IMG/VR virus record: IMGVR_UViG_3300036818_000088
Location: 12,182 to 76,181 of that record
Source: a virus
Reading direction: 5' to 3' (one strand)
Length of the DNA stretch: 64,000 bases
Made by a program: the position numbers and the translations under genes. Positions 29,419 through 39,463 of the stretch are shown one piece after another (the first letter of the stretch is position 1; the number at the start of each line of letters is the position of its first letter). The notes below the pieces were generated by a model. It saw only the letters and a program-made list of their open reading frames with translations, had not been told where the DNA came from and made no database searches.

Positions 29419-31156
29419 ATGGAGCCCTACGACGAACGAAAGGACCGCATGCAAACCGAGCAGGTAACCCGAGCCAGCGAAGCCCTATTCGACGGCGGCA
29501 ATTCAGAGGAGATCACCCTTCAAACCGAAGCCTATGAGGGGAGCGTTGCAGTCCATTCCCGCAGGGCAAACGAGGAGGAGGAGGACTTCCCGGCGCTTTC
29601 CGTTTATCTCTCGCCCGTCGATGCCGTGATCCACGCTGAGCGCATCATCGAGGCAGCCCGCCAAGCCGTCAAAGATCCCACCTTCGTGCCCTAACCCGCA
29701 ACCTCGACCCCCGCTGAACCAACTTCACACGCCGCCGCCAATTCGCGTAGACTCCTAAGCGGTAGACAGAGCGGCCCGGCCCCTCTCGTGGCGTTGGAGC
29801 CGGGCCGCATCCGCCCCCGACCTTATGCCGAACCTGATGGTCGCCCTCATCACCCTCGGCGAGGTCAGAGATCGCAGCCTCGCGTTGTGGGTCGAGGAGG
29901 TCAACGCGAAGCTCGCGCAGAAGTGAACCCAATCACTGTCCACCTCCCCGCCGATCCGGCCGCTCCGATCAAGCGCTCCCGCCCCTACCTGACCCGCTGC
30001 GGCCTCAGCGCCCGGCTCCCCTCGCGCACCCGGACGCGCGAGGATGAGGACGGTCCCTACCTCGTCGCCGGGCCGCATCCTCGCTACTACCGCGTCTGCC
30101 CTGACTGTGGGGCCGATGGTGCGACCTGGGACGGTGGCGTCGGGTGAGCCTGTTCGTCTGCGATGAATGCGGCGTAGTTGAGAACACGGCGCTGGCCGGG
30201 TTCGGCGGCTACTGGGGGCGGAACCGTAAAGACCTCGGGCACGGGGAGCAGGGCGTAGGAGATGGCAAGGCCCGCTGCTCCCAGTGCAACCCGCAGATCG
30301 GTAAGTGGCACGGCTGCTTTCCTCGCGGAAAGTGGGATGGCAAACGCCAAGTCATCAATCGGTGAACTTCTGCGTCCGGCACCGCATCTAGATTCTCCCC
30401 GAGAGCAGTGTCGGCGACCCTTGGCGGTGCTCTCAACTAGTCCTCGCTGTAGCGGTGTCCGCCGACAAGTAGATAATCCCCAACCGTGGCCCCGCCTCAG
30501 CGCTATGACTCGCCTGCCAGGCAGATGCTCATCTTGGGACAGGCGGCTCGTGCCGAGGGTCTCAGTTTCGATGAGTTCTGGCAGCGCGCCGTGCGCCCCG
30601 GACAACCAGCCCTGACTCCCCGCCGGCTCGGCAGAGGCAAGTACGACGGCCTCGAGCACCAAGCCGTCGTCTGGCCCTCGGACACCGCCGAACGAACCGA
30701 CGCCCAAGAGGCGATGCTCCGCTGCGAGGACGTGTGGCGCCGGGCCTATGACCGCGAGCCTCAGACACCCGGAGACCGCGCCCTTGCCAGCCTCTATGAG
30801 ATCTGGGCCGAGCGGGAACTTGGCGGGATCGAAGCGGGGAGAGTTGTAGGCTTGGCGGCATGAAGTTCGACCCCAATGATGCGCAGATCGCCACGGCCAA
30901 GAAGCTGATCGGCGAGGGCGGCGACTGGCCGGAGATTTTGTGGTCGCGCTGGTTCACCCAGCGGATGACGGGAGAGGGTGAGCCAACCGAAAATCTTCTG
31001 GTCCTCGTTGCGAACAGGCCCGAGAATCCGATGTGGACCGACCAAATCTTCCTCATCGACGAGGAGGGTGTCTCTGAGCAGATCGCGGAACGGGCGCGCA
31101 TCCCTGCCGACGATGAACTCGGCATCCGCCCGATTCCAGAGGTAGCGACGGTATGA
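29419..31156 (+). other. Small hypothetical genes (29419-29694, 29825-29926, 29923-30147, 30144-30365, 30486-30863, 30860-31156)
   Basis: Coupled ORFs; several CxxC motifs. Confidence 0.6.
29713..29753 (+). promoter_or_regulatory. Operator copy E overlapping a sigma70-like promoter
   Basis: GCTGAACCAACTTCACA; TTCACA-18 nt-TAGACT. Confidence 0.6.
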
Positions 31157-32478
31157 CCCCTCTCGACCTCGCCAGCTTTCCCGTGCAAGAGGCCGGGGAA
31201 CATCCTCACGACAATCCGGCCAAGCCGTTCTCGACCTCGAAAACCTCGAACTGGGTCGCTCGGGCCGGGGGCTTGCCGCATTACATTCAGCACGTCGCTC
31301 ACGCCTTGGCCAAGACGCACGGCACCTCTCGGGCGATCGAGATGGCCGTCGGCATCGTCAAAAACTGGGCGGAGGGAAAGGGCCATGTGCATCCCGCAAT
31401 CAAGGCCGCCGCCGCGAAGGCGATGGCCGAGTGGGAGGCCAAGAAGGCGAAAGCACATGCCCTGAAAGAGGAAGCGGCGCTTGAGGATTTCCATGACGAG
31501 TTCGTCGCCGGGTGTAAGGAGCGATTGCGCGTCCTCTCTATCGCGCTCGACCCCGACGCGATCCTTGAGGCCATGCAGGAGGGCAGCGGCTTCATGGTGC
31601 TCACCGCCGAGGAAGCCGAGTTCGGCCCGGACTCACTGGCAGAGGTCGACCTCTGCCAGAAAGGTCGACAAAAGATGGCCAAGGCGAAAACCGCTCGCCA
31701 CGATGGCAGCTTCCCGATCCCCAACACTGACTTCTTGGGTAAGGCAATCAAGGCGGTCGGCGGCGCGAAAGATCCCGCCGCCGCGAAGGCGTGGATCAAG
31801 AAGCGCGCCAAGGCTCTCGGCGCCACCAAGATGCTGCCTTCCAACTGGGGCAACGCGATGGCCGAGTCCGAGCTGACGCAACTCGCCGAGGAACTGCTCG
31901 ATACCTTGATGCTTTGCGAGGCGCTCGCTGAGGCATACAACCCCCCGACATGGGTGATCCCCAAGCAGGCTCGCCAGCCCGGCTTCAAACCGCTGAAACC
32001 GCCGAAAGCGAAATCGTCATCGACCAAAAGCTCGTCCTCCAAATACGATCCGAACAAACACCCCCGCGACCAGATCGGCCAGTTCCTGCAGAAGGGCCAC
32101 ACCGGGCCGGCGGTCAAGGGCATCCAGCAGAAGCTCGGGATCAAGCCCACTGGCACCTACGACTCCAGCACGGTGGCCCGCATCCGCACCTACCAGGAGA
32201 ACCACGGACTCGTGGTCGACGGGATCGTCGGCGCGCAGACGGCGGCTTCGCTGCTGGGCAAGCCCAAACGCAAAATAGGTGCGCTGCCCGGTGGCCTGCG
32301 CAAAGGACTTCAGGGACTCGTCAAACACAAGCTGAAGGAAGAGGAGGTGCTGAGTGAGGCCCTCGAAGAGCGCACCTTGCACACCGCCACCCAGCAGCGA
32401 GACAACGGCGTCAAGTCGGCCACCCACTCCTCGATCCGCTCGGCGATCTACGACTTGGCCGGTAGTGGGTCAGTTTGA
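31153..32478 (+). pseudogene. Multidomain head-region protein with a peptidoglycan-binding domain, truncated by the IS
   Basis: GSFPIPN..AIKAVG domain, YDPNKHPRDQIGQF, PGBD (VKGIQQKLG..DGIVGAQT). The last codons come from the IS end; a probable C-terminal remnant lies at 33804-33941. Confidence 0.7.
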
Positions 32479-32622
32479 AATCGCCCTCTCTGTAGAAGCG
32501 ATCTTGTGACAAGTCAACACAAAAGTGAAGGAGATTCAGTTCCATCGGGGAGATGTGCGAAGGTTGACAAACCGCAAGTGACCGAGATGAACTTCACCCG
32601 GAAAAACGCAGCCAAACAGGAC

Positions 32623-32668
32623 GACCCCCCGGCGAGCGTAGACGCCAATCCAAGCTCACCGAGGGGTC
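32623..32668 (-). terminator. Hairpin downstream of the IS cargo gene
   Basis: 15-bp stem; its two C-A mismatches become G-U pairs on the minus strand; T-rich sequence follows. Confidence 0.55.
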
Positions 32669-32751
32669 CGGGCGCACCAGCCGCCGGTACTCGGCGGCAG
32701 CAAGATCATGCCCACGACCCCGGACGCAAGCCTGGGGTCGTGGGCCATCTT

Positions 32752-32958
32752 TCAAGCCGCCTTCGGGGTCGCCACGGCATCAGCGGCCTGGATAAACCAG
32801 ACCGGATCGAAGCCAGCGACTGCCACCAGCGGCAGGCTGTCTCCCGCCTTGCACCAGACGGCGACATTCAGTCGCTCGCCAAAGTGGTCAACGAGTTCGT
32901 ACTTGCCAGCCTTCGGAGGGTTATCTCCAGGCTGGTACCTCAGGGGCGGCCGTTGCAT
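32752..32958 (-). CDS. YjzC-like small protein (IS cargo)
   Basis: AAAGGAGG RBS; YQPGDNPPKAGKYELV..G..KAGDSLP pattern. Confidence 0.65.
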   Translation of the reverse strand: MQRPPLRYQPGDNPPKAGKYELVDHFGERLNVAVWCKAGDSLPLVAVAGFDPVWFIQAADAVATPKAA

Positions 32959-32977
32959 GGCCCCTCCTTTGCATCCA

Positions 32978-33036
32978 TGAGATAGCTCGGGTCGTTACGG
33001 GCCTGTAACCCTGCGGCCTGGGCTATCTCAATTTTT
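32978..33036 (+). terminator. Long hairpin with a T-tract
   Basis: 17-bp stem (3 G-U pairs on the + strand) followed by ATTTTT. Confidence 0.55.
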
Positions 33037-33105
33037 CCCGCTTTCTGCGGGCCAACTGCGCAGGATCGTCATTCGCCCGGATGGATTTTGTATGTCGCAC
33101 TCGAC

Positions 33106-33803
33106 CTAATCGAGCAACCCGGCGATCTCCTCAAGCGACCAAATGTGATCGGTCACCCCGGCAGCCATCGCCGGAGTCCGGGGGTAGCGCTCCCTCAGCG
33201 CCGTATGCGGGCGAGCGAAGTTGTAATGGAGGTAGTGAAGGCTGACGGCCTGGGCAAGGTTCTCAATCTTCTTGCTGAATCCGTTGGTCAGCCGCGTGAA
33301 GCGGCGCATCCCCATCCGCATGGTCAAGTTCTGCCGCTCGACGTAGCTGGTTGAGATCCGGTCAGGATCGGGGTCACCCTTCAGGACTCGCGTTTTCGTG
33401 CCGGTGCAGACCGCCGGGCTGTATTTGCGCTCGGGAGTGCCGCTCTCGGCCCGGTAGGTCTTCATGATCTGCGCCCAGTCGACCTGATGGCGGAAGGATG
33501 GCCCTACGGTCCCTTCATAGATCACGTGCCCGTCGGTGCTTAGCTGGATGCGGCCGGCCATCCGGCTCGCCAGGTCGGTCAGGAAGACTTCGGCATCGTC
33601 GGAGGTCCGCTCCCCGACCAGCCAGGAGGGAACCAGCTTCGTATCGGCGCACAGCGCCGTAAAGGTCCATACGTCGCCGTAGCCATACGTGCCCTTGAAT
33701 TCCTCTGGCACATTCTTCTGCTTGGCGTAGCAATACGCCCAAATCTCGTCGGCCTCAATCACTTTGCAGGGGAGATCGACAAACACGCCGTCTTGGTACT
33801 CGC
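33106..33803 (-). pseudogene. IS1-family DDE transposase lacking its N-terminal DNA-binding region
   Basis: EADEIWAY, STDG, TSYVERQNLTMRM, HYNFAR, TPAMAAG. The frame meets a stop a few codons upstream of EYQDGVF. Confidence 0.85.
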
Positions 33804-33954
33804 GGCCGCACCTTTGCGGTCAGCAACGGCACCGAGAACCTTCAGGCCAGCGGCGTCGAGGAAGCCGCCGACACGGCCAAGGAGCTCGACTCGCGTTCGG
33901 GCACGGGCGCGTCCGGCACGCCAGTCGTGAGCAGCAGCTAGGCTTTCGCTGGCG

Positions 33955-34706
33955 ATGTCCGCGCAGAACGTCAATTCGGCTCCATATCCCGATGCGCTCG
34001 ATGCCTTGGTGGATGTACTCACCTATCGGCCGGGCTGGTCCTTCCGGCTTGTCGTCATGGATCGGGGGCAGGGAAGCGAAGGATTGACCTTCGAGGTCAC
34101 ATCGGTCGGCTACAACACCTACGAACCCGAAGCAGGGCGCACCTATCGCGTGCGCCACCTCTTCCCGGTCCCACCCGCGGCCTACAACCGCGAGTCATGG
34201 CAGCGCTGGATTCTGGAGCGCCTTCTCGAGATCGAGACCCATGAGGCATGCGAGTTCATGCAGATCGACGCCGTGCGGCCTTTCGGCCCCAATCACGGGC
34301 CGGGCCACGATCCCTATTACGTTCGCGAGGTCAGCCGGGTCGAGGACGCGGAGACATCCTTCCGCGGCGAGCGCGATGCAGGGAGTCAGAGCACCTGATC
34401 GAACCACCCGACCCCCGCCTCGTCGCCCGTGCCCGCGAGCGAGGGCCAAAGATCGAGGGCCTGCGCAAGATGCTCCGCGAGCACTGCCGCTTCGAGTTCA
34501 AGAACGGCACGGTTGTCAAGCAGCGTCGGATCGGCGACCGCACAGGCTGCGCCACCTTCACCGTCGTCCGCCCCGACGGTGCCGAGCAGACTTTCCACCA
34601 CGGCATCGTCAACTACGGCTTGGCCTATGAATTCGCGATGGCCGAGTCCGTAGAGCAGCGGATCGAGGGGAAGGATCATCCGCTGATGCAGGCAGCTGGC
34701 AGCTAA
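33955..34706 (+). other. Two hypothetical genes (33955-34398, ~34395-34706)
   Basis: The first has WILERLLEIETHEACEF; the second start is uncertain. Confidence 0.6.
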
Positions 34707-34716
34707 ACTTGTCATT

Positions 34717-34816
34717 GGGTAGGTGCGCGCGAGACGCGAGAAATCGCCCGAAGGCTGCCCACCGGGCGGCAGCTTCCCTAAAGAGGAAGTGTCCAACTTC
34801 GGCTCGCGGCCTATCC
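34717..34816 (+). ncRNA. Candidate structured RNA (six helices)
   Basis: Nested pairings with a GAAA tetraloop and 4 G-U wobbles, all consistent with the + strand. Confidence 0.6.
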
Positions 34817-34830
34817 CGTTCTTGCCTTCC

Positions 34831-34862
34831 TGACGGTATGCCCCCGCGCTGGCTCCTATCAT
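34831..34862 (+). promoter_or_regulatory. Putative late promoter (head operon)
   Basis: TGACGGTAT-N15-CCTATCAT, 7 nt before GTG 34870; the same motif occurs at 45592. Confidence 0.65.
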
Positions 34863-34869
34863 CGCTGTC

Positions 34870-36510
34870 GTGAGCGGCGTGACCAAGACCTGCCCCAACT
34901 GCGGCCATGAACACGACAAGAAGGTCACGAAATGCGAGTCCTGTGGCGGCGACATGTCGAAGGCCAAGGAGGAGGTCGAGCCGCAGGGCCTCGAAGAGGG
35001 AGCGGTTCTCCCCGATAGCGACCTGCTGCCGGTCGTCGAGTCCCAAGCGACGCTGATCGTTCCGAAAAAGGGCAAGGTCTTCGAGCAGCGCAAGGTGGAG
35101 ATCGCCGGTCGCGTGCAAGAGGTCAACGTCGGGCGCTTCGCGATCATCCGGCCATGCATGAGCCGGGGCCGGCGCATCCGCGGCCTCGCTCCGATCTATG
35201 AGGCTTCGATGCTGGCCGAGTCCGCCGGTGTCTTCGGCGGCTGGCCGATGTACGCCGATCACATCACCGAGCAGCTCAAAGAGGCGATCTACGAATCGCT
35301 GATGGAGGAACTCGGCGAGGAGAAGGTCAAGGCGTTGGAGGGCCGACTGCGTGAGGCCGGCCGCTCGATCAAAGACCTCGGCGGCCGACTGTTGAAGACA
35401 TGGTTCGATCCTGAACTTGTGATGGAGCACGACGCTGAACGCGGCTATCGCAAGGGCGGGATCGTCGGCGATGTGGTGCCCCAGCCCTTCATCCACGAGA
35501 TGTTCGAGGCCGACCCCGGAGTGCTCAACGTGTCGATCAACGCTTGGCCCCGTCGGGTCAAAGTCGGCCGCCCGAGCTGGGACAACTCCCAGAAGGGTGC
35601 GGTCATCGAGGGCATCGCCGCCAAGCCGATGGGTTCGGTCGACTTCGTGTTCCTCGGTGGTGCAGGGGGCGCGCCGATCACAGAGCACGAGCGCCAGGTT
35701 GCGGTATCCGTTTTGGCGAGCACCTATCCTTCGCCGCGCGAAAGGAATCAAGGAGACGAAATGCCTAAAAAACTCGCCGAGATGAGCACCGCAGAGGTCC
35801 GGGTGCTGCCAAAGCCCAAGCTGCTTGAACTGCTCAAGGAGGAAGGTGGCGAGTCGGTTGCCGAGACGATCGCCGAGGCGATCCAGCTAGGCAACTCCGG
35901 CAACGGTGGCTCCGGTTCGGGCAGCGACTCCGGCGCTCTCAGCGAGGACGCGGTCCAGGAGATGCTCGCCGAGCACGAGCGCAAACTTCGCGAGGGCTTC
36001 GATGAGAGCCTCAAAGCGGCCCGCGAGGAAGGCGACAAAGAGCTGCGCGAGCGCGAGGATGCGCGCGCCCTCGAAAGCGTCGCCCACGATCTGCTCGCAG
36101 AGGCCGCTACCAACGGCTTCCCCCAGGCTTGGGTCGACCAGCTCAAGCCTCGCTACACCGTCACCACCGCTGGCATCGGCTCGGGCTTGAAGCTCGCCGA
36201 GTCCGACCTGACCAACGGCGAAGGCGAGAAAGTCAACGCCGAGGATGCCATGCGCGAGCGCGTCAAGGCCGACATCGCCGAGGCGATCAAGCTGATCGAG
36301 GCCGGTGGCGGCAAGCCGCGGGTCAAGGGCTTCGGCGCCAGCGCCCCCGACCCACAGGGCGAGGGCAAAGACAAAGAGGGCAGCGGCAAGAGCCTCATAC
36401 AAGAGGCCGACAGCGACGCCTTCATCGGGTTCCTGCGGGAGTCCGGGGATGTCACGGGCAACAAGGACACAGACGAGGCGGCCTTCGCCGGGATGTTTGG
36501 AGGGAGCTAG
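34870..36510 (+). CDS. Prohead protease-scaffold fusion
   Basis: MYADH, RSIKDLGG, VSINA and SVDFV..GGAGG protease-like motifs; acidic helical C-terminus; N-terminal Zn ribbon. Confidence 0.8.
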   Translation: MSGVTKTCPNCGHEHDKKVTKCESCGGDMSKAKEEVEPQGLEEGAVLPDSDLLPVVESQATLIVPKKGKVFEQRKVEIAGRVQEVNVGRFAIIRPCMSRGRRIRGLAPIYEASMLAESAGVFGGWPMYADHITEQLKEAIYESLMEELGEEKVKALEGRLREAGRSIKDLGGRLLKTWFDPELVMEHDAERGYRKGGIVGDVVPQPFIHEMFEADPGVLNVSINAWPRRVKVGRPSWDNSQKGAVIEGIAAKPMGSVDFVFLGGAGGAPITEHERQVAVSVLASTYPSPRERNQGDEMPKKLAEMSTAEVRVLPKPKLLELLKEEGGESVAETIAEAIQLGNSGNGGSGSGSDSGALSEDAVQEMLAEHERKLREGFDESLKAAREEGDKELREREDARALESVAHDLLAEAATNGFPQAWVDQLKPRYTVTTAGIGSGLKLAESDLTNGEGEKVNAEDAMRERVKADIAEAIKLIEAGGGKPRVKGFGASAPDPQGEGKDKEGSGKSLIQEADSDAFIGFLRESGDVTGNKDTDEAAFAGMFGGS

Positions 36511-36513
36511 CAG

Positions 36514-37269
36514 ATGTACGATGAGCCAGGCGGGCGTGTTCGCGTCCAGAACTTGACCGGGAAAGCGATCCCGAATGGTGCCCCGGCCTACCTCGGCGGC
36601 CATGTCGGCTTCGTCGGGAAGAACACCCAGCTCGACCGCTGGGTGAAACCCGGCTCCGAAGAAGCCACTCACGTCATGGACAAAGAGTGGTGCGTGATGT
36701 TCGTAATCGACAAACACGAGTTGGCGCTGGCAGGCCTGCTCGCCACGGCCAGCGTCGGCGACAAGCTCTTCTTCGACGGCGACAGCCAGGAAGTCGTCTT
36801 GGCGGCTGGCGCCGGTGCAAGTGCGGCCAACGAGAAACAGTCGGTCAAAATCGAGGCGACCGGCGGCACATCGAAGTGGACCGTCCCCGTCTTCGAGGAT
36901 CCCGCCGAACAGACGGGCAAAATCAAATGGGACGCGACCGCGAAAGAAGTGCAGGAAGCGCTCGATGCCCTGCCCGGTCTCAACCCCGGCGATGTCGTCG
37001 TCACTGGCGGCCCCGGCGACGCCACTGGCACCACGCCCTACATCCTTACCTTCGGAGGCCGACTGGCCGACACCGATGTCGCCGCGACCACCGTCGACAC
37101 CACCGAACTCACCGGCGAAAAAAAAGCGACGATCACCACCTCGACTGCTGGCGCCGGCAGTGCCGACACGGTGATGCCGCTCGGCGTCGTGGACGTGATC
37201 GACACCTCGCGCTCTCCATCGGTGGCCCTCGTCAACTGCTCTGACCTCAAGCCCTTCCTGACCAGCTAA
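36514..37269 (+). CDS. Capsid cement/decoration protein with an inserted domain
   Basis: Between scaffold and MCP; DUF2190-like ends flank a NEKQSV..WDATAKEVQEALDAL..YILTF domain. Confidence 0.6.
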   Translation: MYDEPGGRVRVQNLTGKAIPNGAPAYLGGHVGFVGKNTQLDRWVKPGSEEATHVMDKEWCVMFVIDKHELALAGLLATASVGDKLFFDGDSQEVVLAAGAGASAANEKQSVKIEATGGTSKWTVPVFEDPAEQTGKIKWDATAKEVQEALDALPGLNPGDVVVTGGPGDATGTTPYILTFGGRLADTDVAATTVDTTELTGEKKATITTSTAGAGSADTVMPLGVVDVIDTSRSPSVALVNCSDLKPFLTS

Positions 37270-37286
37270 GGAGACAACTGCACCAC

Positions 37287-38411
37287 ATGGGACTTCTCAC
37301 TACAGCTAAAGGGCGATGGGGCAACTGGGGCAAGCACCTGGAGATGATGGAGGCGTTTGAGAGCTTCCGCAAAAACCCCCGCGTCCTTGAGGGCCTCTTC
37401 GGCAAGGAGGGCTATGAGGCCCTGCTGCAAGAGGGCAGCGGCGCACCCGAAGCCCGCGTGGACTTCCCGATCTTCCTGCAAACGGTCGTGCACCACCGCA
37501 TCCGCGAGCGCTTCAAGACGATGGCATCGGAATGGGAAAAGTTCGTTGGCATCGAGTCCGCTCAGGACTTCCGCGAGCACACAGTCAGCTCGCTCGGCGC
37601 GATCCGCGGCTTCCAGCCGGTCGGTGAGGGCGAACCCTACCCCCGCCTGCGCAGCTCCGAGGAGGAAGGGCCGCCCTTCAGCGTCGGCAAGTGGGGCGGT
37701 ATCTACGCGCTGACGATGGAGCTCGTCATCAACGACGAAATGGACCGCCTGCTCAACCGCATCCCCGGCGAGCTTGGCGAAGCGGCAGCCGAGTACGTCA
37801 CTGAACTAATCATCGCCTTCATCGAGTCCAACCCGACCTACCCGGTGGATTCGCTGCCCTTCTTCCACGAATCGCGGGAAAACAACGTCACCGGCAAATC
37901 GGCCGAAGCGACCGAGGATAATCTGATGGCCGCAATCGACACGATGAAGCTGCGGCGCAACTCCGAAAACAAGCCGATCACGATCGTCCCTCGGCGCATC
38001 CTCGTGCGGAACCCTTCGCTGAAGGCGAAGTTCGACGCGATGATCCGCTCCCAGACGACCGGCGTGCGCTCCGAGATCACCGCCGAAGGCGCCCCCGGCT
38101 TCGCGCCTGGCACCGACAACGCCGTCGCCAACGTGCTGCCGCCCGATGCGGTCGTACAGGACTCCTGGCTGAACGCGCCCAACGACTATTACCTCTTCGC
38201 CGACGCCCAGAAACGGCCGGCCTTCGTCGCTGCCTTCCTCAAGGGCCAGCGCACCCCGCAGATGTTCCTGCAGGACTCCGGCATGCGCGGAGTCGGCGGT
38301 GGCGGCGCGGATCCCTACTCGATGGACTTCGACGAGATCCCGTACAAGCTGCGACACTTCACTGGCGTCGCGTCGGGTGAGCCCCTCGCGGCAACTCGAT
38401 TCCAGCCTTAA
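37287..38411 (+). CDS. Major capsid protein (Mu gpT-like)
   Basis: DFPIFLQ, QDFR, V.EGEPY, KWGGIYALTMELVIND, PAFVAAFLKGQRTP, IPYKLRH. Confidence 0.9.
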   Translation: MGLLTTAKGRWGNWGKHLEMMEAFESFRKNPRVLEGLFGKEGYEALLQEGSGAPEARVDFPIFLQTVVHHRIRERFKTMASEWEKFVGIESAQDFREHTVSSLGAIRGFQPVGEGEPYPRLRSSEEEGPPFSVGKWGGIYALTMELVINDEMDRLLNRIPGELGEAAAEYVTELIIAFIESNPTYPVDSLPFFHESRENNVTGKSAEATEDNLMAAIDTMKLRRNSENKPITIVPRRILVRNPSLKAKFDAMIRSQTTGVRSEITAEGAPGFAPGTDNAVANVLPPDAVVQDSWLNAPNDYYLFADAQKRPAFVAAFLKGQRTPQMFLQDSGMRGVGGGGADPYSMDFDEIPYKLRHFTGVASGEPLAATRFQP

Positions 38412-38422
38412 GGAGGCGCGCC

Positions 38423-39460
38423 TTGACACCCAGCTCGCTCGTTACCGACGTAGCCACGGTCGGCCCCGAAGATGTGGACTCGCCGGGCGAACTGGCGCCG
38501 AAAGTCGTCAAGTCCCAGGAAGCGCACGAGCTGATAAAGCGCGTCCGTGCCAACTATCCGGTCGACCTCGTCGTGGTCGAGTCGCGCGAGGAGGACAGGC
38601 CGCGCACTGCCGCCCTTGACGCCGATGAGGTTCTGGAGGCGGCCACCGAGGAGTTTGGCGATGACTCGGAGCCGGGTGGCGTGGTCAAGGTGCTGAGCGC
38701 CCGCGTGCGTGGCAAGGACCAGCCGCTCGCCGAGAAGGCCGTCTGCGTGCTCTGGGAGACCCCCTCTGGCCGCACGGCTCGCGGTGCCTTCGGCTATGCG
38801 CCGCTCAGCACTTCGATCGAGGACTTCGACAGCAAGATCGCCTCGGGCGAGATCACCGAAGTCGACGAGGGCGACGCCAAGGACTTGAAGCGCACGGTCG
38901 AGCGTCAAGAGGACCAGATCAGGCGGCTCAACCAGCAGCTTGCCTCACAGAGCGGCAGCCACGACTCCGAGTCAGCCGATGTTGAGATCCCAACCGGCAA
39001 AGCGAACGAACTCATCAAGCGCATCCGCGCCGGCGACTTCAGCGCCGAAGATCTCACCGCGCTGCTTGAAGTCGAGCAGGGCGAGAAGACGCCGCGCAAC
39101 TCAGTGATCGACGCCGCCGAGAAGGCCCTCGAGCAGCTCAGCCAGGAGTAGCCCCCCGTGGGTTCCTCCACCCGCTACACCGTCCGGCTGGAGGATCCGA
39201 ACTCCGAGGAGTTCCGCATCGTCAACCTCGATGCCTCCTCGCCAGAGCAGGCCAAGGCGCTTTGCGAAGACAAGGAGCGCCAGCTTGTCGCTGTCACGCT
39301 CTCCGAAGAGGACCTAGCGAGCGAGCATGAGCGCTCCGAGCAGCGCGGTCGCCGCACTGGCCGCCTGGTCGCCCATGAGCAGCAGGTGTCCTATGCGGTC
39401 GTCTCGGTGAACCCCCGCGGCGAGCGCCCTGAGCAGCCATCCAATGCCGAGGAGGGCTGA
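38423..39460 (+). other. Two head-region hypothetical genes (38423-39151, 39158-39460)
   Basis: Follow the MCP; the first ends in E..EKTPRNSVIDA, a motif typical of head accessory proteins. Confidence 0.65.
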
Positions 39461-39463
39461 GCC

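Larger units (their letters stand above)
32461..33803 (-). mobile_element. IS1-family element carrying cargo; left end missing
   Basis: Terminal GGTAGTGGGTCAGTTTGAAAT at 32461, a DDE transposase on the minus strand, and about 640 nt of cargo. No second inverted repeat found. Confidence 0.8.

Noticed and set aside
30401-30467. HDV-like ribozyme
   Set aside because: The P1/P2 crossing fits, but no P3/L3, P1.1 or J4/2 consensus can be formed; kept only as a generic pseudoknot candidate.
33088-33354. + strand 88-aa ORF
   Set aside because: It is the antisense shadow of the transposase.
35400-35412. GGTTCGATCC T-loop-like sequence suggesting a tRNA
   Set aside because: It lies inside the protease CDS and forms no cloverleaf.
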